Of a stretch of 25,245 bases of DNA, positions 6,639 through 15,814 are shown piece by piece. Where the stretch lies: NCBI GenBank assembly GCA_002011125.2, contig MTMF02000003.1, positions 1 to 25,245 on the forward strand, read 5' to 3'. This stretch comes from Candidatus Hydrothermarchaeum profundi (lineage in GTDB: Archaea; Hydrothermarchaeota; Hydrothermarchaeia; Hydrothermarchaeales; Hydrothermarchaeaceae). The first letter of the stretch is position 1. Each line of letters opens with the position of its first letter. A model generated the notes under the pieces. That model was given only the letters and a program-made list of their open reading frames with translations, did not search any database and was not told where the DNA came from. The position numbers and the translations under genes are program-made.

Positions 6639-9600
6639 TCAAATTGTCAATGAAACTCCTAAATTCAGGTAACCATCCTTTACGAGCTTAATCACTATTT
6701 CATAAACTTCGGAATTATCGAATTTGGATTTCTCTTTTACTTTATTAACAAGCTGATCTATCCAAATAACCTTGGACTTCTTGCACATTTCAACAACACT
6801 TTCTAAAACAACCAATTCTTTCTCACCTAAAATAATTTTAATCTTTTTATAAAATTCATTCTTTATTGATTCTTTTTCGCTCTCGATTTCACTTAGTTTA
6901 GCAGTGGAAGTGATGAATTCTGTATCAACTATTTTGAATCTTATTACATCAATTTTATCCAATAATTTTGAGACATCCAATTCACTATGTTTTTTATATA
7001 CTATATCTATCAACTGACTTAGATCCCGCAGATACTCTAGAGTTTTTTGAGTATATTCGTCCCAAATTTCGTTTAACTCGTCTATCAAGTCCTCCGAACG
7101 AATCATAATACCATCTAAATATTTAATCAAATCTAGTTCTTTCTCAAGCGATTCCAATAATCTATTTGGGTCAAAATCATCGTAATTGTAGGCCATAGAG
7201 GGTTTTGCAGATAAACTTTCTACTAACTCTTCTAAGTTTACTTTAATATTTTCAATTTTTGGCTTGCAACTTTCCAGATCCAGAAATTCTTCTCCTTTTT
7301 CGATGAACTTTTTAGTTCTTTTAATCTTCTCATGCACCGAGTTTTCTTTCCTAACAAGCCTATCCAAATAGTTAACTAATGTTTCTACAGCAATTAAATT
7401 TCTTTCGATTGGTTCCAAAGATCTGTCGATAATTTTTACCAAATCCATTATAGATACATTCTTTATTTTCTCTTCTCTCAAGCCAGGCATAAGATTTTTT
7501 GAATAATTCCTTAGGTATTTTAACAATTCACGTGAAAAATTTAGTTGTTCATCTATTTCCTTGGATTTGACAGTTAAAGACACTCTTTTAAATTTCTGTT
7601 CAATACCTTTAAATTTTTCATTAATATTTTTTAAGACGTCGTATTTTCTGTCAAATTTATCAAGAAACTCTTTGGCCAAGACATTGATTAAAAATAATTT
7701 TACATTAAAATATGGAAATTTATTATCTTCTTTACTGAAATAAAAGTCATCGTAGATTTCATCTTTGTATCTATCCAAGATATCTCTTAGCTCTTCAAAA
7801 TTTGAACAATTCTCAACACTTTTGATCTCAGAGATGAGGAAAGTTAACTCTCTACTATCCTTGACATCTTGTTTGTATATTTCTATTTTTAGCCACTTTT
7901 TAAAATACTTACAAATGATTTCCAGAACATCTTCGAAATCTTTCTTTCTTTCATCTATTTCATTTATTATTTCTTCACATTCAGCTTTTGCAATGGATAT
8001 ATTTTTTAGCCATGTACTTGAAAAATAGTTTGCTAACTTATAAATCAAAAATGTTTTCTGAAGTCTAACACTCTCGTCTGTTAGAGTTTCAATATAATCA
8101 TATTGTCTAGAAATAAAATCCCAAAACTCGTCTAATACTATAAGTCGTTCATCTCGCTGTTTAACCACATAACAAAAACCATATTTTTTAAACTTGCTGT
8201 CTAGGGCTGCCTTTCTGATTTTATTAAATTCAACATCCAATTTTTTCTTCAAACTAGTTTCATTTGCGATTTCAATTTGTTTTTTCTCAACTAGGATTTT
8301 CCCCTTATGTTCCAAAACATTCAGATAAAGATCTGAAAGAATCCTTTTATTAGAACTTAAAATTATGAAATAATTCTTTAAATTTTCTTCACTTATTTTC
8401 CCCTTTTCAGATTTGATGATCTTCATAATCCTATTTTCTACTGGGTGTTCCTTGATCTCATAGCCTTGTACGGGATCACCGATCAAAAACCCATTGTTCT
8501 CTAGATCTTTAGAGAGGCTTTTCAATTTATCAACAGATTCTATATCCGGTATAAAACCTATCCTAGAGCCGAATTTAATGAATTTCTTTAACTCATCTCT
8601 ATTTAGATAAAAGGCATTTTCTGGGGTTAATTTACTCTCCGAAAAATTTATATAAAATTTTAGAGCATCAGCAAGTTCTTTATGGCTGGCAGCAAAATTA
8701 AGAGTTGGATCTGTTATCACGAGTCCCAATTTTTCTTGTTCTTTAAGCCAGTCTCTTAACTTTCTTTCAAGGTTGGTATCTTCTTGGATAATTTTATGTG
8801 ATTCTCTGGAGAACATTTCCTTATCTATATACTCATAATGTTTCAAATAAGCTCTGTACATCACAATTATCTTCTTCAGCAAAGTTGGGTGTAGTTTAAT
8901 AAGCATGATTATATTCTCTCCATTTTTACCTAACTCTTTGTTCTCTATCTTTTCTTCTGCTTTAAATGTTAATTCCCCAGTGTATGTAGCCAATATTAAA
9001 TGTACAGGAGCGTTAAAGCTACTTAATACGCTATGAATTTCATCGATGTCTTGCCCCTTAAGATCTCCATTTGCAAAGTAAAAAAGCGTATTAATTGTAG
9101 CATCATCTAAGATAATCTTAACAAAACTGATATTTCTTTGCTCTTCCAGCCTCTCAATTCTAAAAATTTTTGATTCCTCTAATACAATTAAAAGAGCTTT
9201 AGGGAGAAATTCTTGAGATTGATCAGCTAATTTTCTTGTAACGTCCCTCCATAACCTCATTCTTAGTTCTCGGTCCGTAATAAATTCTAATTCCTTTGGA
9301 ACTGGTGTTGGGAATATTTGTGAAAGTAGTTGCTCACTTGCAAGATAATATACTTCTGTATCGTCACACAATTTTAGCAATTTATTTCTAAATTCTACTA
9401 TTTGATCTTCACCTATTCCTTCGAAAAAAGAGGAAATACTGTCATCATCTGTCGGTAAATAGATTTGCGGATGTATTTTGTCTCCAAAAATGTGGGGGAA
9501 TGTAATTTTATCCAAGAAATTATCCATATTCTCAACATAGCTGCCAACTCTAAGCACTTCTGTATCTTTTTCTTTAAATATATAATCGGATAATCTAGCT

Positions 9601-10865
9601 TTAATGTCATTGGAGTCCAGTTCTTCCTTCAACCTTCTTACTTTTAACACAGCTTTAATAATACCAAATCTTTCCAAACTCTCATTTATCTTTGAGATAA
9701 TATTGCCAATATCGTCGAACCCTAATCTCTCCTCAATTTGTGAAGGAGAAAGAGGCCCGTATTCTCCAATCAGTAGCCTAAAAACTTCAACACATTTCCT
9801 ACCCATCTCTATGTTTCTTTGATCTTCAAGTGCATTCAACATTCTATCTAGGTTATCATTTTCAATACAAGTTGTAGAACCACCATACACTGAGACAGTC
9901 TCCCCTCTCATATATTCTAAAAATATATCATAGTCAATAATTTTAACTCTTGAATCATCCACTTTTGAGCTTCCTAATAATCGGGTGAGTAAACTTACCA
10001 TATTTCCTAAGTTTCCGTGCGCCACTCTTACTATCCCATTAAAAATGCCCAGACTCTCTATAGGCAATTTTTTTGGTAAATTGTAATTATATGAATACTT
10101 TAACAACTCCCAAAGAAATTGTATCCCCTCTATTTTCTTGATTCCAGGTAGCTCAATAATACCTATCCTTCTACCTAAACCTCCAAAAATTAAAGATGTC
10201 TCTTCACTGACTTGTAGTTTATAGAACGCATCTGGAGTTGCTGCAAGTATGAAGTGTAAACTTCCTTCAAACTCTCCGTTTTCAAAAATTGGTTTAAATT
10301 GCCCATTAATTGTCTCTTTGATGCCAGAAATTACTTTTTTCAAAATATCCATATTTAAAAGTAGCTCCTCGAATTCATCAATAAAAACGATTATTTTTTT
10401 GGTGTTTATGGTTAATTTCCTAAGTGCATTCTCAACAAATTCATTAGGACTACTGAATTCAAAAGGTTCAGGAATAAGTTGGGGGTCGGATTCAGCTTTG
10501 ATACTAGCAAACAAGGCTACCAAAAATTGGAGTGAAGAGGAAGGTGTAGAGTTTATCAATTTCTTGACATCGTAAACATCAGTAAAAGCATTTGAAAGAG
10601 TTGAGGCCGATACAAGAATCGGGAGGTATCCCTTAGTCTCAGCAAATGGCTTGATACATCTTTCAAATGTATCAGTTTTCCCTTCACCCCACTCACCAAT
10701 AATGACACGAATGGTAGGTTTTCTCTCTGTTGTTACTACCGAGTCGATATATTGTTCTAATTTTTTTCTAACGGTTAACCTACTTTCGATTGTGATATTT
10801 CCGAACCCTTCAAAAACAACTCCCGCATCACTTGGCAGTCGTGAAAAAACATCTGTAAACTCCAT
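6639..10865 (-). CDS. Large (1408 aa) P-loop ATPase with long helical/coiled-coil region and wHTH-like segments
   Basis: Walker A GEWGEGKT, Walker B IVFIDEFEE, sensor-like ILAATP. Heptad-rich C-terminal third. Terminal EVYEIVIKLVKDGYL is wHTH-like. Confidence 0.8.
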   Translation of the reverse strand: MEFTDVFSRLPSDAGVVFEGFGNITIESRLTVRKKLEQYIDSVVTTERKPTIRVIIGEWGEGKTDTFERCIKPFAETKGYLPILVSASTLSNAFTDVYDVKKLINSTPSSSLQFLVALFASIKAESDPQLIPEPFEFSSPNEFVENALRKLTINTKKIIVFIDEFEELLLNMDILKKVISGIKETINGQFKPIFENGEFEGSLHFILAATPDAFYKLQVSEETSLIFGGLGRRIGIIELPGIKKIEGIQFLWELLKYSYNYNLPKKLPIESLGIFNGIVRVAHGNLGNMVSLLTRLLGSSKVDDSRVKIIDYDIFLEYMRGETVSVYGGSTTCIENDNLDRMLNALEDQRNIEMGRKCVEVFRLLIGEYGPLSPSQIEERLGFDDIGNIISKINESLERFGIIKAVLKVRRLKEELDSNDIKARLSDYIFKEKDTEVLRVGSYVENMDNFLDKITFPHIFGDKIHPQIYLPTDDDSISSFFEGIGEDQIVEFRNKLLKLCDDTEVYYLASEQLLSQIFPTPVPKELEFITDRELRMRLWRDVTRKLADQSQEFLPKALLIVLEESKIFRIERLEEQRNISFVKIILDDATINTLFYFANGDLKGQDIDEIHSVLSSFNAPVHLILATYTGELTFKAEEKIENKELGKNGENIIMLIKLHPTLLKKIIVMYRAYLKHYEYIDKEMFSRESHKIIQEDTNLERKLRDWLKEQEKLGLVITDPTLNFAASHKELADALKFYINFSESKLTPENAFYLNRDELKKFIKFGSRIGFIPDIESVDKLKSLSKDLENNGFLIGDPVQGYEIKEHPVENRIMKIIKSEKGKISEENLKNYFIILSSNKRILSDLYLNVLEHKGKILVEKKQIEIANETSLKKKLDVEFNKIRKAALDSKFKKYGFCYVVKQRDERLIVLDEFWDFISRQYDYIETLTDESVRLQKTFLIYKLANYFSSTWLKNISIAKAECEEIINEIDERKKDFEDVLEIICKYFKKWLKIEIYKQDVKDSRELTFLISEIKSVENCSNFEELRDILDRYKDEIYDDFYFSKEDNKFPYFNVKLFLINVLAKEFLDKFDRKYDVLKNINEKFKGIEQKFKRVSLTVKSKEIDEQLNFSRELLKYLRNYSKNLMPGLREEKIKNVSIMDLVKIIDRSLEPIERNLIAVETLVNYLDRLVRKENSVHEKIKRTKKFIEKGEEFLDLESCKPKIENIKVNLEELVESLSAKPSMAYNYDDFDPNRLLESLEKELDLIKYLDGIMIRSEDLIDELNEIWDEYTQKTLEYLRDLSQLIDIVYKKHSELDVSKLLDKIDVIRFKIVDTEFITSTAKLSEIESEKESIKNEFYKKIKIILGEKELVVLESVVEMCKKSKVIWIDQLVNKVKEKSKFDNSEVYEIVIKLVKDGYLNLGVSLTI

Positions 10866-10873
10866 ATTACCAC

Positions 10874-12553
10874 CTATAAATTGTCAACAACTTTTGTTTC
10901 GCCAATTGTTGGTTTGACCTTCCTTTCCTCATAATTAACTTCAACTACCAAAGGAAAAGGAACTGTCACCATCTGTCCCGTAACAATTAATTCGCCAGTA
11001 TTTAAAGTTGTAAGTCTCATAGATAGCGATTGGGGCAGTCCCCCAGTTACACTCCTAACGAAACTAACATCTTCTGGTGAAACTCGATGAATAAAAAAAG
11101 TATTGCACATTGAAAGAACTATTCTGTCGACAAACGAAGGTCTTTGAGTGATTAGGCATAAAGAGAGGCCAAATTTCCTTCCTTGTGTAGCAATGGCCGA
11201 TAGTTTCGAATGCGCAAGACTAGATCCTATTGGATAAGATTTATCTGGGCAGAAATTTTGAGCCTCCTCGATAATGAACAACAAATACTTCTGTGACCCC
11301 TCTAATTTATATTTGGTGAATTTATTGAACAAAATTGTCGTAAGATACATCATTACAAACTGTTTAGTTTTCAAATCCACCCCAGGTGCTCCTTCGGCTG
11401 AAAAGTCAAATACTGCTACACCTCTGTTATTTGTGATGTCATCAATGAAATCCTCACCCTTCATTGGCGAAGAAGTTGAGAGTAATTTAAATACTCCCTC
11501 TAATTTAAAAAATTCTTTAAGCTGCCTTCTTATTGCACCAATTGTGGCTGTGTGATAATTAAACGGTTTTTTATCAAGATGGTCTACGTGTCTTATCAGT
11601 TCCTCTATATCATTACATATAAGATCGTGGATAGAGCTGTAGCCTAACGCTTCCATGTATCCAAACAAATCTATTAATGCACTGATTTGCTGTTCAGCCC
11701 CTTCTGTAGTGCCTCTCAAGAAAGTTACTATGATTTCTGCTAACTCAGCATAGCTGAGCAAATCAATGTCAATGCCTATAGGATGGGTGAATTCGTTTCT
11801 GAATTCTGGTTTTTCAAAATAGATATTTGGAAAAACAAATCTTTGAACCCACCCGGATTTTATCCATTCTTTGTTTTCTGACTTACTTTCATTAGCGTAT
11901 CTCACGTAATCTAAATAATCACCATGTGCATCTATAATTACCATAGGATACGAAACGTGCTCAAAATCATTTTTGGGAATATTCATGAGTTTTTCGATTA
12001 AATATCCGGTATTGAATGATTTGCCGCTTCCTGTAACTCCAAAAACAGCCAAGTGCATTGGGATATTTTCGACATCTAGAGGGATAGGTAGGCTTCCATA
12101 TCCACTTAGAGAACCAAATTTAATTATTCCCCTATACATTCCATTTGAAAGTCTTTTTTCCCGCGAGACCCCAAAGAGATCTTCTTCGTAGTATTCATAC
12201 AATTCGGGATCTACTTTGACAACAACATCCCCAGGCCAAGGAGGATATTGAATTTCTCTTCGAGGAACTTCTATAAGTAATTCCAGTTTACATATCTCGT
12301 ATTGTCTAGCAATCGCTTCAGGTATAGGTCTTCCTTCCCTTCTAGCCTCGCTCCAAGGATCTCCCTCTGTATAGAAGGCATTATAAGGTAGGATCTGGGA
12401 AACTCTACACAAAATTTTTCTCCCTCTTGAATTGATAATCAACAACATACCCTCTCTTATTTTTCCTTTTTCGGCCTCTTTTAAGAGTTGGCATGCCGCC
12501 TCTCTTGTTGTTGCACCGCTTAAGATTATTCCAATTTCATCTTTCTCAACCAT
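10874..12553 (-). CDS. herA: HerA-family helicase/translocase
   Basis: N-terminal HAS-barrel-like region, HLAVFGVTGSGKS, IIDAHGDY, Walker B IIEEAQNF, GRKFG...ITQRPS, LNTGE. Confidence 0.9.
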   Translation of the reverse strand: MVEKDEIGIILSGATTREAACQLLKEAEKGKIREGMLLIINSRGRKILCRVSQILPYNAFYTEGDPWSEARREGRPIPEAIARQYEICKLELLIEVPRREIQYPPWPGDVVVKVDPELYEYYEEDLFGVSREKRLSNGMYRGIIKFGSLSGYGSLPIPLDVENIPMHLAVFGVTGSGKSFNTGYLIEKLMNIPKNDFEHVSYPMVIIDAHGDYLDYVRYANESKSENKEWIKSGWVQRFVFPNIYFEKPEFRNEFTHPIGIDIDLLSYAELAEIIVTFLRGTTEGAEQQISALIDLFGYMEALGYSSIHDLICNDIEELIRHVDHLDKKPFNYHTATIGAIRRQLKEFFKLEGVFKLLSTSSPMKGEDFIDDITNNRGVAVFDFSAEGAPGVDLKTKQFVMMYLTTILFNKFTKYKLEGSQKYLLFIIEEAQNFCPDKSYPIGSSLAHSKLSAIATQGRKFGLSLCLITQRPSFVDRIVLSMCNTFFIHRVSPEDVSFVRSVTGGLPQSLSMRLTTLNTGELIVTGQMVTVPFPLVVEVNYEERKVKPTIGETKVVDNL

Positions 12554-12558
12554 TTAAT

Positions 12559-13666
12559 TCACCTCATTCTACTGGCTACAAGTTGATCGAAAGGATCGAT
12601 ACTCCTACTTTTCGTCAGTATTTCTTCATAAAGAATTTCTGCAGCCCCCCTCCTGATATTACATTTCTCATGAGCAAGTAAAACTGGAAGGGGATCTTGT
12701 CCAGGGTAAGTCCAATAATCAAGCGTATTAACGACTTTCTCAACTGTTGAATTAACTAAATCTAAATTTTCTCCAGGTGGAAAGCTGAAAGGGATATCAA
12801 TTCTTAATATTTTAGATCTTATATCCCTCTCATAGAAAAAGGAAATGATATATATATCGTTTTCATAATATTTTGAAAATGGTATTCCTCTCATTTCCTC
12901 GCTTAAGTCGATCCATTGAGTATATATTGAGCCAGCGGGGAAATCTCTCCTTAATTTTGTAAATAAGAGGAGCATTAAGTGTTGATCGGTAGGAAACGTC
13001 TCTGCTTCCTTAATACCAAAATTGTTAGTTATATAATGAATAAAAAATCTATCACGTACTCTTTTTACACATCCGATAACTAACGAATTTTTTAAAGATA
13101 CTCTAAAAGCTTCACACCTGAAGTTTATGTAATCCTCATCATCGGAAAATGGAAAAGGGGGATCTACAATTGGACCATCTATAAAAATAACCGATTTAAA
13201 ACCCTTACTTCCCCAATTTAGAATGGCTTTTGATTCTGCAATCAACATCCTCTCCTCTGCTGTTAGTTTAATACTTTGATTGTTATGTTCATTGATTTCA
13301 TCTATATCTGCCCAAAAAACTTCAACTTGCGGATTAGATTTTAATCCGTTTTTAAATAAAATCCTAGTTACACTAAAAAAAAGGTACCACTTTCCTCCTA
13401 TCCCTCCGACGAGTTGTTGACTGCCGTCTATTCCTACTGCAAACTTTTCAACTTTGGAGTGGTCAATAGACGGATTTATTGAAAAAAAAGATTTTGATTT
13501 TAGATTGTCTAAAACCTTGTCAGTTAGTTTTTCTTAGCCTCCTCAACTCTCTCTGGGCTTTCTCTCCTTTACTTTGAGCAGACTCGATTAGTTTAATTAG
13601 TGTTTCAGGTTCTGTTTTGTTAAATTCTATTCTTTTAAGTAACTCTTTTAATTCTTCATAATTCAT
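12559..13666 (-). pseudogene. nurA: NurA-family nuclease interrupted by one frameshift near 13523-13533 (about 368 aa if repaired)
   Basis: The frame of ORF 12559..13248 is open upstream to 13533 and contains AVGIDGS, E..M...E, IFIDGPI and PLPVLLAHEKC. The N-terminus MNYEELKELLKRIEF...RELRRLRK starts at ATG 13666 in another frame and stops at 13520-13522. Confidence 0.82.
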
Positions 13667-13748
13667 TGTAAGTTAAATAGCAAGTTTAATACTTCAATGT
13701 TTCGATTCTCATATAATTACAACAATACTCACACAAAAAATTGAATCC

Positions 13749-14072
13749 ATGGTGAGAGAGATACTTTTTAAACCGAAGTCAATCGCTCTTAGTTTTTGTT
13801 ACTTGTATTAAATAAATACAGGGGTTAGTATAGGTCCCAGAGTACTGGCTGAGGAACTAGGGCACAAAAATTTGAAAAGATTAGGTGGTAGATTTTACTA
13901 CAAATTTCAAGATTTGTTACTTTGGGGTATCTTAGAGAAAGAAGGAAAGAGATATAAGGTGATAGAATTAGCCAAACAAGCATTAGATCCTTACGATAAA
14001 GAGGGGGCTAAAGAAGCCAATATCCTCGAAAAGCGAATCAAGAAGGGGGGCGAGAGTGAAATTGGGTACTAG
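13749..14072 (+). pseudogene. Degraded winged-helix protein gene
   Basis: ATG 13749, in-frame TAA at 13809-13811, then VLAEELGHKN...GGRFYYKFQDLLLWGILEKEGKRYKVIELAK (wHTH-like). Confidence 0.5.
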
Positions 14073-14408
14073 AAGACGGTTAAGGTACACTTTCCCACGT
14101 CAAGGATAAAAATACTATTTCCACGACTCAAGGAATTCAAGAAGCACGAATATAAGTTACTCTCAGTAGATAGCTATATAATCTTGCATTTCAGAAAAAG
14201 GTGCGACTCTTAATTTTTTATTATCTGCTATTTTTATTTTTCTAAAATTCTATATATAAATTCAACTATATAAACTCTCACGCTAATGACGAAGATTTTT
14301 GTCGCCATGCCGAACCACTATAACTACGATTGAACGAGTTCTATAACACATTTTAGATAAAATTCAATTTCAAGAGTTCAAATTACAAAATCGAGACAAT
14401 GTATCTTT

Positions 14409-14756
14409 TCATGAAAATATTTTAAATTTTAATTTTTTTATTTGTTCTTCCAAGAAATTCTCAAATAGAGATGACTTATATCTCACTTTTCCGAACTCCT
14501 CCCACTCAGATACAACGGAAGATGCATAACATCGCTGAAGATTCGAGAAGGATAGACAATAATGGCCTTATCGTTCCTAAGGGATTGAAACAAAGCATTG
14601 AGCCTTTGTAGCTTCGGCTGATCGTTAGTAAAGAAACCTCCCCTCCTTACCAATAACCAGTTGAAGGAGAGATTTTACACCCTTTCTTATCTTGAACCAT
14701 CCTTGAGTTGTTGCAACGAACCTGATTTTCAGGCTTCTGAGCTTCTTGATGTTCAG
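14409..14756 (-). pseudogene. Frameshifted 3' remnant of a second copy of the FtsK/HerA-type ATPase gene
   Basis: Translates to LNIKKLRSLKIRFVATTQGWFKIRKGV/SFNWLLVRRGGFFTNDQPKLQRLNALFQSLRND...SDVMHLPLY/EEFGKVRYKS, collinear with about 15870-16160. Identical blocks: 14680-14711 = 16083-16114 and 14517-14541 = 15921-15945. Confidence 0.88.
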
Positions 14757-14844
14757 ATTTTATCGATTCAAAAGACATGTAGAGACATCTTAAAGAAGTG
14801 CAGATGTTTTGACAAGATATTTTAAAAGCAAAATGGAAAAATAG

Positions 14845-15444
14845 ATGAGGATTGAAATCCAGTTTAAACTTTCAAAGGGTGTCAAAATGCAAGTAAAATA
14901 TGCCAGATTTAAATCGGAGGAGGATTTATTAAAATCAGTTCTACAATCTCTACCCTTCGATGTCTATCCAAGAGTTTCAGCAATAGCCGGAAAGAAGATT
15001 AATCCTGATATAGACATATTGCAAATCAACAGGGTTTCTGATTACCATAGATTAATAGGTTATGAATTGAAATTGATGAAGTTTGACAAAAGGAGTAAAG
15101 GATTGAGTTGGGAGGCTTTTTATAAGGGGATCGGTCAAGCATTGTTATACCTAAAAAACGGTGTTCATCGTGTGTTTCTGATTTTAGGATTTCATGAGAA
15201 TATCCCAAACGATAAAATGATTGAGAACTTTTGCAATTGGTTATGGGATAAAAAAGAGTTAATAAGCCAAGTACTCGGGAATCACATCTCCATCGGCATG
15301 TGTCTGTACGAAGGGGGTTCAATTTATGAGATAATAGAAGCAAAACTTGATTTTCACCCTTCAGACGATGAGACTAAATTCCTTACAGAAGCGCTATTAA
15401 AAGGAAGATTTACTTTTGATAAAAAGATAAAAAGACCGTATTAA
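14845..15444 (+). CDS. PD-(D/E)XK restriction-endonuclease-like protein
   Basis: NPDIDIL...IGYELK...KGIGQALLY: D...ExK plus GQxxxY motif. Confidence 0.72.
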   Translation: MRIEIQFKLSKGVKMQVKYARFKSEEDLLKSVLQSLPFDVYPRVSAIAGKKINPDIDILQINRVSDYHRLIGYELKLMKFDKRSKGLSWEAFYKGIGQALLYLKNGVHRVFLILGFHENIPNDKMIENFCNWLWDKKELISQVLGNHISIGMCLYEGGSIYEIIEAKLDFHPSDDETKFLTEALLKGRFTFDKKIKRPY

Positions 15445-15814
15445 CATCAATCAAATTTCCTAATTTTCTTGATACTCTCGTACATTTGTGAAGCTGTATA
15501 TCATCACATTGCTCACTCCAAAAACTTTTATGGATTTAACTAAAGCTTTTTCAAATCTATTTCTTATATACTCTCCTCCCACATCTCCTCCTTTCCTAAG
15601 CATTACCACTGCGACAAACTTCTCCCCAGTTTACTTTCGCACCTTATCTTACTATTTCGCCCTCATCCGGAACATTTCTAATGGTTTCCTATTGAAATTA
15701 AGAGCATAAAAAATTACAGTAATCTAATAATTGTTGAAGAAACAATGTGTTAGAAAAAGCCTTTTTCAGCCTCATTTGAAAAATATTCTTGACTGACACT
15801 TTTATCAAAAATGT

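Noticed and set aside
6639-10865. Rad50/SMC, or a firm BrxC call
   Set aside because: Walker A and B are both N-terminal, unlike SMC/Rad50. No pglZ/pglX is present to support BREX.
10874-13666. Housekeeping herA-nurA double-strand-break repair locus
   Set aside because: No mre11/rad50, lies inside a mobile element, and is coupled to an unrelated ATPase and TGT.
15488-15709. 73-aa plus-strand ORF and a short minus-strand ORF in the same gap
   Set aside because: No motif or convincing start signals. May be eroded sequence, but this cannot be supported.
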